From Bilabrum cf. latius (taxonomy: Eukaryota): a stretch of DNA of 64,000 bases. The stretch spans positions 620,001 through 684,000 of the forward strand of contig OZ237748.1 of NCBI GenBank assembly GCA_965178125.1, read 5' to 3'. A model generated the notes under the pieces. The model made no database searches. It was not told where the DNA came from and saw only the letters and a program-made list of their open reading frames with translations. Position 1 is the first letter of the stretch. Each line of letters starts with the position of its first letter. Positions 50,511 to 61,065 of the stretch are shown here, piece by piece. Both the position numbers and the translations under genes were made by a program.

Positions 50511-50581
50511 TACGCCAGCCGGGAATCGGACCCGGGGTCCTACCTTGGGAAGGTAGGATGTTACCACTACACCACTAGCGT
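50511..50581 (-). tRNA. tRNA-Gly (anticodon CCC)
   Basis: ACGCTAG TGGTGTAGTGGTAACATC CTACC-TTCCCAA-GGTAG GACC CCGGG-TCCGATT-CCCGG CTGGCGT A folds as a cloverleaf; TTTTT terminator about 15 nt downstream. T-loop reads TCC rather than TTC. Confidence 0.9.
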
Positions 50582-50874
50582 TCCATATGAGAGCTAGAAA
50601 ATTAGTGTATACAGACGCCTCATTGTGAAATCCTGTGAAGTTTCAAATCGCTCTCCATGCAGATGTGCGGCTCGCTGTGCATGCGTAGAGCGAGCGAAGA
50701 TGATTACGACCTGGATCAGCCTGAAGGAAAAAATTGTTTGGAAAAGAGCGGAATTGGTACAATTCGAACGGACAGATTAGCTGAATTGCATTGAAAATTG
50801 CGTTGGACGGCACAAATACGCCAAAGAAGAGTTCCGGTCACCTGGTGTGCCCTCATCATCACCACGCCGTCGAT

Positions 50875-51414
50875 TTACTTGCGAGATGCCCTTCCTCGCG
50901 ATGTGGCACGCTTGGTCTTCTTCTTGCCCTTGCTCTTGGGGGTGGTGCTCTTGACCTCTTCCTCCTCCTCCTCGTCATCGCCACCATCTTTGTCGACCAC
51001 TGCGCAGATTGGGTGTGCAATCGATTCACAGGACAGAGCGCCTCGTTGCAAGCTACTTTGTGCGGGTATGGGTCGAGCGAAACGATGTGCAGCGGCGGTA
51101 CGCACGACTCGCTCACCAGCTGTCTCACGCCGAGCTCCAGAGCCGGCCTCTGCAAAGTACGTCAGCGCCGCGATGACTCCCATGGCAATCAGCGACACCA
51201 GAATGATAACAATCAACGCCTCCGAGAGCTTGCTGTCAACGAGCGAGTCTCCGCCGGAGGCGGCATCATCTGAGCCGGGTGCTGCTTCAACAGCAGCACT
51301 GGCTGCGGCCTGCATCGACTCCACGATACCGGCATCCTCGGCTCCAGTACCGGTCGAATCGCCGGAGGGATTCACATCTGCCTGTAAAAGCTGATCGTCA
51401 GCGTGTTCTGCCAT
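50875..51414 (-). CDS. Hypothetical single-pass membrane protein, 179 aa
   Basis: ATG-to-TAA ORF with an acidic N-terminus, one hydrophobic stretch (ALIVIILVSLIAMGVIAALTYF) and an acidic then basic tail. Confidence 0.6.
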   Translation of the reverse strand: MAEHADDQLLQADVNPSGDSTGTGAEDAGIVESMQAAASAAVEAAPGSDDAASGGDSLVDSKLSEALIVIILVSLIAMGVIAALTYFAEAGSGARRETAGERVVRTAAAHRFARPIPAQSSLQRGALSCESIAHPICAVVDKDGGDDEEEEEEVKSTTPKSKGKKKTKRATSRGRASRK

Positions 51415-52571
51415 GGATTGCGGGAAGGGATGGAATGATTGTCTCTTGGTCGAGATTCAAACGGCAACCGCACCCCCATTCCTTGCATTCATCTTTTGAA
51501 TATTGCAAGATCTGATGGCGAGCCACCTGTGGACCTGCAAGGTACCCCCCGGGAAATCACCCAGCTGGAATCCTTTTCCAGGAGCCCTTTCGGGGGCTGG
51601 TTTTTCAAAGCTGCCTAGCAACGTGCTGGAGCTGCATGCGGCCCTGGGAGGATGACTGCATGCGGGCCTGTACTCGGACATCAGGATTGAAGCAACGGGG
51701 AGCAGAGGTGAGACGGAAGACGAGGCGGGAGGACAGGAGGCGGAGAAGAAGAGGGGGACACCGGCACAGGCGACGACAGTGCGGTGTCAACAGGGAGAAC
51801 ACAACGGGAGGAATGGGGGCTCCAGGTGCAAGGCACGAGGGAGACGCGGGTGGCAGCGGACTGCATGGCCAGCAGCACGCAGAAGGCCAACAGGTGGGTG
51901 GACAGATGGGGCGCACGGCAGGTCGGCCAGGACCGGCGCGTGCAAGCTGAAAGGATAGGGCCAAGGTGGCGATGCTGGGAGCAAAGCACACGGTCCCTAG
52001 GGCGGGGAACAGGAACAGGAAGCCATGTGGCGACGAGGCCAGTCGGGTGCATGGGGAAAGGGGCGTGTACATTCGTAGTGTCAGATGAATACCGCATGCA
52101 GGTGGACCGGTGAAGAACCAGTCGTTCGGGGTGAAGCCCAGTGGGTCCGCGGGACCGAGGCCAGGAATTTTTCTTGGTTCATGGACGATGCAATGCTACG
52201 TGCCCAGACGTGCCTCAACATGCAGGGTGGCGGTTCATGGACGATGCAATGCAGGGGGTGCGGCGCAATGCCCCAGGAGCACCCTTCGCCTGCCACAAGA
52301 CATCCTCACTGCATCATACCCGCCAAGGATCCCCCGGAAAGGCGTATTAGGCGCCTTTTCCGGGGGGTGAGTTTCACTTCTTGACTAGCCGGAATTTTCC
52401 AGGGGGTACCTCGCCGGTCTTGCGAGCCAGATACGAGTCTTGCATATTTCGAGCTATGCCGGTCCTGCAGGTGCTTATGTGAGCCCGACCTCTACCCTAA
52501 ATCCTTCAAGCTGACCACCGATGTGTACCAACGCAACGCCCTCACACTCAGCTTGAATCACACATCACACA

Positions 52572-53792
52572 TCACAGCTTCCCAGCCCCAGCCCCAGCCC
52601 CAGAAGCCCTAGAGTCACAAGAAACGGATCCGCCAGAGACCCCAGCCCCGCACGCCCCCCGAATGTGTTCCCCCACGGCCTCCAGCACGGGTCCCCTGTG
52701 CTCCGGGTCCAGGTGCGCGTGGTGCCAGCCGGGCACCCGCACCACCCGCACCCCAGTGCCGTGCACCCTCATTGCCTCGAGCCGCTTCTCCGCTGCCCCC
52801 TCCGGGAAGGGGATTCCCTCCTCTGCCCTCACCAGCAGCACTCCTCCCCTGGGCCTCAACTCTCGCAAGAAGGCCAGCATCTGCTCCTCGCAGAGATACA
52901 TGTCAGACGGGTCCTTCAGCCGCTGGTCGTGCCGAAACAGCACCTTACCTCCCTGTCCCGCCCCGCCACTCGCACCAACACCCTCGCCCTCGCCCTCGTC
53001 CGGCAGCAGAGCCCTAGTCCCCCGGCCCACCAGCGCCATGGCACCTTCCAGAGACAGCCGCTGGGGGCCGGGCAGCCTCCCCGCCGTGCTGGCCCTGTAC
53101 TCCCCCGCTGCGAGCAGAGACTCGAAGGGGGCCGTGCTGCGGCTCCCACCTGCACCTGCGCCTGCGCCTGCGCCTGCCTTGTCGGCCACGGTCTTGAACG
53201 CCTTCCACAGCGCCCCCGGCAGCGCGGCAGAAGGCCTGGTCAATAGGCCCATCGAGTCGAGCAGCACCATCGACTGCAGCCTCGTGCCAAGAGCACCCGC
53301 CGCCAAACACGCCACGCCTCCCCCCAGCGAGTGCCCCACAAGGTGAAATCCCTCCGATTTGGCGTCGTCCTCCTCTTTACTTGCATCTCCACCCTTCCCG
53401 CCCGCCCCCTTGGCCTTGACCCCGCTGCCGGCGGCATCCGCAGTCCCGTCGCCCGGCACCCACCCCAGGGAATGCGCCGCGCCTAGCGCGCACTGCGCGT
53501 ACGTTGTTGCGAGATAAATACCGTCTCTGAGGTGCGGCGAGCGGCCGTGTCCGGGCAAGTCGATCGCAACCACATCGCAGCCGGCCGCTGCAAGGGAGTC
53601 TGCAAGGGGGCCAAATGTCGCCGCATTGTCCATCCAACCGTGGAGCATGAGCACCCTTGGCGGCTGACCTGCACGTTGCCCGGCGCCTTCGGCCAAAGGT
53701 TTTCCCGGGCGCCACCGCAAGGCCTGAAGCGTCGTATTCGGACGGGAAATGGGGATCGAAAGCTCCTTGCCGCCGTGCGTGGGTACCGCCAT
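52572..53792 (-). CDS. Alpha/beta hydrolase (serine hydrolase-like)
   Basis: LMLHGWMDNAATF, AIDLPGHGRS, nucleophile motif GHSLGG, C-terminal GWHHAHLD; single exon, TGA stop. Confidence 0.92.
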   Translation of the reverse strand: MAVPTHGGKELSIPISRPNTTLQALRWRPGKPLAEGAGQRAGQPPRVLMLHGWMDNAATFGPLADSLAAAGCDVVAIDLPGHGRSPHLRDGIYLATTYAQCALGAAHSLGWVPGDGTADAAGSGVKAKGAGGKGGDASKEEDDAKSEGFHLVGHSLGGGVACLAAGALGTRLQSMVLLDSMGLLTRPSAALPGALWKAFKTVADKAGAGAGAGAGGSRSTAPFESLLAAGEYRASTAGRLPGPQRLSLEGAMALVGRGTRALLPDEGEGEGVGASGGAGQGGKVLFRHDQRLKDPSDMYLCEEQMLAFLRELRPRGGVLLVRAEEGIPFPEGAAEKRLEAMRVHGTGVRVVRVPGWHHAHLDPEHRGPVLEAVGEHIRGACGAGVSGGSVSCDSRASGAGAGAGKL

Positions 53793-54019
53793 ACTCGCCC
53801 TGTAAGAGTTGCTACGCTACGCTCGTTGCAGAACAAACTTGTGAGCAAACTGTGCGGAATGTCTCAGCATGCACCCGTCATCGCGCCACCGGAGGATCTG
53901 TTGTTGCGATCTCATCATCACACCTCTGCAGACCATTTTTGAAAGATGAAGCAGCATACGCCAGGACTTTCGGACCCTGCCAGCTTGCAGAATCTAGCTG
54001 TTGTACCTGCTTTGGAAGC

Positions 54020-56284
54020 ATGTCCATGGATTTACAGGACGAAGATGGGTCGTCGGAGGCCTCTCGATCTCTACTTGGCGTTGCATTCAACTAGGATTCC
54101 GGTGAGAGCTCGTGCGAGCATGCTTGATTGCTTGGATACCGCCTCTTTGCCACCCCTTGCCCCAATGCCGGCGGAAGCGGAGCAGCCGGGGCAGGATGGT
54201 TGCCTTTTGTAAAGTATCGAGCATGCAAGTGCGCCAGGTAGCTGCTGGGATGTCGCCGTGATGGCGCAGCCCCACGGAGCTGACAGGTCCGTGTACGCGC
54301 AATAATTTCGCGCGAGCTCACACTTGAATCGGATAGAACGGCGCGTGCATACACCTGTCTGCTCCGTGGGGAGCATGAGAGCTCGGTGCGTTGCCCAGGT
54401 ACCTTCGGGTACCTGCGCGTGCTTCCAATGCCGGTCGCTTCCACGAGGGGTGTCGCGAGTGCGCCTTGCACCGAGGCTTGACTCGGGGGTTGACATGCGC
54501 GCGTGATGTGTGCCATAAGCTGCCCACAGTTGTCCTGTCCTCGCTCCCTCCGCTCCCATCCGTGCACCGCCGATCCGCACCTCGCCCCCTTTCCTTTCCT
54601 TTCCTGGCTCTCGCTCTCTCTTCTCGTAGGCTGCTTCACCTGCGGCACCACCGGGGGATTTAGGATCTATAGGACAGACCCATTCAAGGAATTGTTTCGA
54701 AAAGGTGAGCCTTGCGAGGGTGGCCCCGAGATGATACCCTCTCCCTCCCCCTTTCTGGCTGGATTGGGTAGGGGGTCGAGCTGTTTGCCGTTCATGGATC
54801 GCCGCCACCACCCCCATCCCATCGCCCCGATTCGCACACCACCTCCCATAGACCGATCGCTGTGCATCGCAGCATTCACGAGCGGCGGTATCGCCAGGGT
54901 AGAGATGCTGTTCAGGTGCAACATCCTCGCCCTCGTGGGCGGGGGGGAGCACCCGAGGTTCCCGCCCACCAAGGTCATGATCTGGGACGATCACCAGTCC
55001 AGGTGCATCGGGGAGCTCGCCTTTCGATCGGCTGTGAGGAACGTTCGCTTGCGCAGGGACCGCGTGGTGGTGGCATTGGACCGGAAGGTGTACGTGCACG
55101 CGTTCGCCGACTTGGAGATGGAGACGCACATCGAGACGTGCCCCAACCCGCTGGGGCTGCTGGCGGTGTGTCCCAAGGCGGACGCCTGCGTGATTGCCTG
55201 CCCCTCCACCGAGACCGGCAAGGTACGGGTGGAGCTGCTGCACAAGGGCCAGACCGTGCTGGTGCAGGCGCACGAGACCGCCATCGCCCAGCTGGCGCTG
55301 TCCCTCAGCGGCACCCGGCTGGCCACTGCCAGCGAGAAGGGCACCCTCATCCGCATCTGGGACACGGCGTCGGGGAAGATGCTGCAGGAGCTGCGCAGGG
55401 GCAGCGAGCGGGCGACCATCCACTGCCTGTCCTTCAACCACGACGCGAGTATGCTGGCCTGCACCTCGGACAGAGGCACCTGCCACGTGTTCCGGGTCAA
55501 GAAGGAGGCCCAGGACCCGGGGGGCGTCGAGGTGGCCAGGGCCGGCATCGCGGGGGTGCTGGCTGCCCCCGGGGGGGAGGGCATGCGGAAGGGGGGGGAT
55601 GCGGGGGACACTACAGGCGGGGCGGCGGCGGGGGGCGCGGAGGCTGGGGCGGGGGAGGGCACTGATGCCGGGAAGGATGGGAGCGGGGGCGGGGGCGGGA
55701 GCGGGGCGGCGGGTGCGTCTCCCGGTGCTGCAGGTGCGGGTGCAGGGGGTGATGGTGCGAGTGCTAGTGCGGGTAAGAATGGAGGCAAGGGGGCCGGCGC
55801 GGGAGGCAAAGGCAAGGGCAAGGAGAAGGGCAACTCCACCAGTGGATTGGGTTTCTTGGGGGGTATGCTGCCCTCCTATTTCAGCTCCGAGTGGAGCTTT
55901 GCTCAGTTTCGAGTGCCCGCAGGCCGCAGCATCTGCGCGTTTGGCGCTGACACGGGCACCCTGGTGGTGGTGACGGCGGACGGGAGCTACTTCAAGGCCA
56001 AGTTCGACCCCAGCGGGGGGTCTGCCTCCAAGGAGATGGACCAGCTCGAGGTGGCGCCCCTGCTGACGGGGCCGGGGCCGGGGCCGGGGGCGGGGCCGGG
56101 GCCGGGGGCGGGCCCAGACCCCTCGGCTGCTGCATCGAGCGGGTCCAAGGGCACGGAGGCTGAGGCTGAGCCCAAGGAGGCGGGGGCGGGGGTGGGCGAT
56201 GGAGAAGGAGAAGGAGAAAGAGAAGGGTCCGGGGGCAGGGGTGCCACGGAGGGGGGGGCCGGAGGTGGTGAGCCGGGGTCGTGA
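54020..56284 (+). CDS. ATG18: ATG18/WIPI (PROPPIN) WD40 protein, WIPI3/4-like; join(54020-54101, 54630-54704, 54873-56284)
   Basis: VAFN[TAG]DSGCF, EMLFRCNILALVGGG, KVMIWDD, LATASEKGTLIRIWD, phosphoinositide-binding LRRG, PSYFSSEWSFAQF; splice phases are consistent. Confidence 0.93.
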
Positions 56285-56576
56285 GGGAAAGGGAGGGGAG
56301 GGGGGTGATGAACTGGTGTTCGAACATAGACAGAGTCCTCTATGGGTTGTCTTGCTCGTTGCCGTGGATCCAGCCGTGCCAGGCCCTCCCCTCCCCTTGA
56401 GGTAGGGCCAGGGGAGGGGACCTGCTTCCCGGCCCTCGAGGAGGCAGTCTTTTCGTCTCCCCCTCCCGCCAGGTTCACAGCGAGGGTGCAGCGAACTCTC
56501 ATGGTTTGATCATCATCCTCGCTTCGCCGCAGAATGCAGAATCAGCCGCGACTGCACCTTCAGTGCGGTGCACCCA

Positions 56577-59500
56577 TGATTCGTACACACCGTCGTGCCA
56601 CTGATCCCGCGATCGGGCCGCTAAACATGCGAGCAGGAAGCTTTCGCCGATTGCAACAATCATTTCGATAGGTTGGCTCTGATGTATTTAGGACCGCACG
56701 GGTACTCCAGCCTCGCGGGCAGCCGTTCTCCCAATTTCCTCGCTCCCCTGCTGCGCGGTGCACTTAGTGCAGCACATAGCGAGATTCGTTCGCCGTGAGA
56801 CTGCTACGATTGCAAACTACTTGCTGTTACAAGCTTGCTGGTTGGCTAATTTTATGTACGATCTGGCCGCAAACCCCAGCGCTGCCGCTTCCTCCCCACC
56901 GCAGCGCCTGAGCTCAAAGGTTGCTGCCGATCCTTTCGATACCGGTCGCTCTATTAGCCTGCGCTCGATTGCTACATGTGCTTCTGTGCGCAAATCAACG
57001 GAATCGTAGGCCGCCAAAGATGGCTCGGGCGAGGCGGCTACCCGTGCAGGTGCCGAGAAAGTCGCGTCGGCCGACAAGAAGCCCGAGGCAGTGGCGAAGG
57101 AATCATACGAGGTAGGGGAGGTTCCTGAGCCCCCTCCTGACCCGAGTCGGCATTCGCTCCCTCTCGGTCTGCGGACAGACCTGCCAAGCGTCCGCGAATT
57201 GGCCCAGCAGGCCGGCACTCTCGCGGTGACGGCGGGCCGCTTCCTTGGCTACGAGCTGCCCGTGTCCATCGGGGAGAAGGTGCTGGAGCTGGCCAAGATT
57301 GCGGTGACCAGTGAGGATCAGTATGCGGTGCATTGCGGTGCACGTCCCGCAGTCCCCCACGTCGCCTCGTACCCCCCACCCTGCTGCTGCTCCATCCCTC
57401 CGTCCCTCGCTGCGTCCTTGTCTGCACCCCGCATGATGAACCCGCCCCATGCCATTCCTTCTGTCCTTCCTTTCTTTTTTGTTGTTTCCCTTGCAGATCC
57501 CCGGGAGCTCGGTCCGATCTTCTCCCGCATGTGGTCCCACCTGAGGGCCGAGCTGGAGCACTACTACCTCGGCTTCCGGCTCTTCTTCCTCGAGTGCAGG
57601 ACGGCCACCTCACTCGTCACACGCATGGCCCAGGGATACGAGCTCAGCCGCAGGGAGCGCAAGCAGCTGGTACGCACCACGGGGGACGTGTTCCGCATGG
57701 TCCCCTTCGTGATTTTCATCGTGGTTCCGTTCATGGAGTTCCTGCTCCCAGTGGTGGTCTCATACTTCCCGGGCATGCTTCCATCGACCTTCCAGAGCGA
57801 CCTGCAGCAGGAGGAGAGGAGGAAGCGCATGCTGAAATACAGGCTGGAGCTGGCAAGGTACATGCAGGACACGGCCAGGGACGTGGGCAGGCAGATCGCG
57901 CACAGGGCGGAGGGAGAGACGAGGGAGACGGCGCTGGAGCTGATCCGGCTGGTGAACCGGGCCCGGCAGGGTGAGATCCTGGAGAGCTCTGACCTGATGA
58001 GGGTGGCCAAACTCTTCAAGGACGAGATCACGCTGGACAACGCCCCACGCGGGCAGCTGGTGGCCATGTCGCATTTCTTCCGGCTGAACGTGTTCCTGCC
58101 CGATCCATTGCTGAGGCTGCAACTGAGGAGCGCCGTGCGAGACCTGAAGAACGACGACCAGCGGTTGGCCTGGGACGTGAGACGCACACCTGCCTGCCCC
58201 TCGCCCGCTTCTTTACCTGCCCCTCGCCCGCTTCTTTGCCTGCCCACCCCGTGCTCCAACTTGCCACCTACACCCGCATCCACACCTACACCCGCATGCA
58301 CACCTGCACCCGCATCCACACCTACACCCGCATCCACACCTACACCTACCCTCCCACTCGCAGGGCCTCGAGAACCTGACCAAGCACGAGCTGCAGGAGG
58401 CTTGCAACACGCGTGGCATGCGATCCACGGGCCTCACCGTGGAGGGGTATCGCCAGCAGATGCAGCAGTGGTGAGTTGAGCTAGCAGCTCTGTTGCACTG
58501 GCACTGACACTGACACTGACACTGACAGTACGTAGACATCACCCCCACCACCGGCTTCACACCCCCCACCACTGTACCAACGGCACCCCTCTCCTTTCCC
58601 TCCCCACCGCAGGCTGGACCTCAGCATCAACAAGGAGGTCCCCGCCTCTCTGCTGATCCTGTCCAGGGCGTTCACCATCACGGCGGTGAGGGGAGACGCG
58701 GCCAGGGCCCTGCAGGACCAGATCGCGGACATTGACCAGGGGGCACTCTCGGAGGCCGTGCTGGACCTCTCAGGGGATGGGGAGAAGGGGAAGGACGCGG
58801 CGGGGGCGCAGTCGGAGCCCAAGCCAGTCCCTGCTGCGCCTGGGCTGGGACTGGGGCCCGAGCCAGGGGCAGGGGCAGGGAGTGCTGCAGCTGCATCTCA
58901 GTCAGGGACACCGCCAGCAGCCGGTGCGGGCAAGAAGGAGGTATAGAAAGACACGGAGATGGAGGGCGCCGCAGTGCAGCAGCAAGAGCAGTCTACTTTT
59001 ACTGCCAGCAGTCCCAGTCCTAGTGCCAGTCCCCCGTTGGCCATGGACGGGTCAGGGGAGGCCCCATCGCCCGTGGATGGCGTGGCAGCCGCCGCACAGG
59101 CGATCGAGGACAGCGCCAGGGACCTCCCCGAGCTGGAGAGGGCGGCGCGGGGGGCCATGGAGGAGGCCTAGGCGAGACTGGGGGAGGAGGGCGGGCATGG
59201 GAGCGAGGGCAAGCCGCTTCCATCTTCAACGACTTAGCGGGAGAGCACCGCCAGCAGCAGCAGCAAGAGCAGGAGCAACACGAGTAAGAGCAAGGCTGCT
59301 GCCCCCGCGCCGACCGACAGCGACTCCTCAGACGACGACGAGGCAGAGGACGCCGAGGCCCGGGCTGAGCTGCGGCGGGCTCGTCTGGCGGCGATCGAGC
59401 AGCAGAACGAGCTGATCGAGCTCGAGAGGGAGGTGCGTGCGGAGCTTGCGGGGGCAGAGGAGGCCACGGAGGCGGCTCTGGCCTTCGTGGATGAGGCGCG

Positions 59501-60725
59501 GCAGATCCTGACCGACGTGGAGGACGAGGCGGTGGAGCTGGGAGGGGCAGGAGCCGGAGTGGTTGGGGGAGCTGTGGAGGGGGGCAGTGGCAGTGGCAGC
59601 GGGTCTGACGGAGGCTCGAGCGGGGTCAGTCGTCGGGCGCGCGTGGCCGAGGCGATGCAGAGGTACAAGCAGGCGCGGGAATCCTTCCAGCGGGCGGCTG
59701 ACTTGCAGGAACAGGCGCAGGCGAGGCTGAGGCAGCACCATCGGGAGCAGCCCGTGGGCAAGGGCAAGGGCAAGGGCAAGGACGGGGATGGAGAAGGAGA
59801 AGGAGAAGGAGAAGGAGAAGAGGGGCCCGGTGAGCTGAGTGCGGCAGAAGCACAGGCCCTGGAGCTGCTGGTGCACGAGTCGGCCGTGGTGCGTGAGAGA
59901 GGGGTGCTGCACCGCTTGCGCGCGGCCAAGATGCAGATGGAGGCGATGGACATGATCGCGAGGGGCAGGATTGGGGTACAAGCCGGGGAGGGGGAGGAGG
60001 GTGGGGAGTTGAGTGGAGGACTACTGGTGGAGGGGGAGGGGAGTGAAGAGCAGTCGGAGGACAACCAAGGGGTATAGAAAGGGGCGGTGGGCTCCCTGGG
60101 GGACAGCAATGAGGGGGGTTCCCCCGGGGTTGGCGGGGTATCTGCCCCCGCGAAGGGGGCAGCGGAAGAAGCCCAAGCAAAAGCCAAATCCAAATCTCCG
60201 GCCCCGGCCCCGGCCCCGGCCCAGGACCCGGTGCGTGCCTATGTGGAGGACGCGGGGGCTGCTCGTGTCAAGTCGCTGCTGGACGGGCAGCTGGACCGTC
60301 TGCTGACCAACTGCGAGCAGGAGCTGGAGAGCGCAGACGAGGCCATTGGCAGCAAGCTGAAGCGCCTGGATCTAGACAGGGACGGCATCATCTCGGCTGG
60401 TGAGCTGCACTCAGCGGTGAAGCAGATCCTGGCCGGCAGGGACAGCGACGAGGCGGCGGCCAAGATCGTGGGGCAGCTGGACCGGGACATGGACGGGCTC
60501 ATCTCGGTGGAGGACGTGCGGCGGTTTGCGAGGCTGCGGTCTGAGGCTGAGGCGGCCCTGCAGGAGTGGGTGGGCGGGTCTGACGAGGAGGAAGACGGAG
60601 GGCCCAGGGAGGTGGCTGAGATGGAGGCGGAGGCAGAGTCCGCGGGGGCGGGCGCGGGCGCGGGAGGAAAGGGAGAGGGAGAAGATGCGACTGGTGAGGG
60701 GAGGGACAAAGGTGAGGGGCGCTGA
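56577..60725 (+). CDS. LETM1: LETM1/Mdm38 mitochondrial inner-membrane protein with C-terminal EF-hands; about 5 exons, start approximate
   Basis: HYYLGFRL, LSRRERKQLVRTTGDVFRMVPFVIFIVVPFMEFLLPV...FPGMLPSTF, FKDEITLDN, ELQEACNTRGM, WLDLS. The EF-hands DLDRDGIISAGEL and DRDMDGLISVEDV are reached in frame through TAG 58944, 59169, 59235 and 60075. Confidence 0.9.
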
Positions 60726-61065
60726 CTGACTCACAAATTTGACTGCCTGTACGATCGTATGACGATTGGCGACAGCCTACTGGTGGGATGCAGGATGGGA
60801 TGGCGGGAACGCGGAAGGAGTCGGGGCAATTCTGTCAAGACACTCGTGTGAGGTGCATGGCAGGATATATGGATTTGCACAGCTTGGACTAAATCGAATC
60901 AACGGATTCACCGTGCGTACATTTGTATTCAAGCAGATCGATCGAACGAGTGAAAAGCCTACAGTGTAGTGCATTTTAAAATGTACAGTGCTGATATCGG
61001 GTTCGTCCGGTAAATGCAGAATCCGCGTGACCAGCTGCAAGAAAACCTCTTCTATCGTTTGAACC

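Noticed and set aside
50511-50581. Suppressor tRNA that would decode UAG
   Set aside because: The anticodon is CCC (Gly); I found no CUA-anticodon tRNA in this window.
58267-58525. Short tandem repeats (CCTACACCCGCATCCACA-like and CACTGA) in LETM1
   Set aside because: Ordinary intronic micro- and minisatellites; the Pro/Thr-rich ORF tail there is intron read-through.
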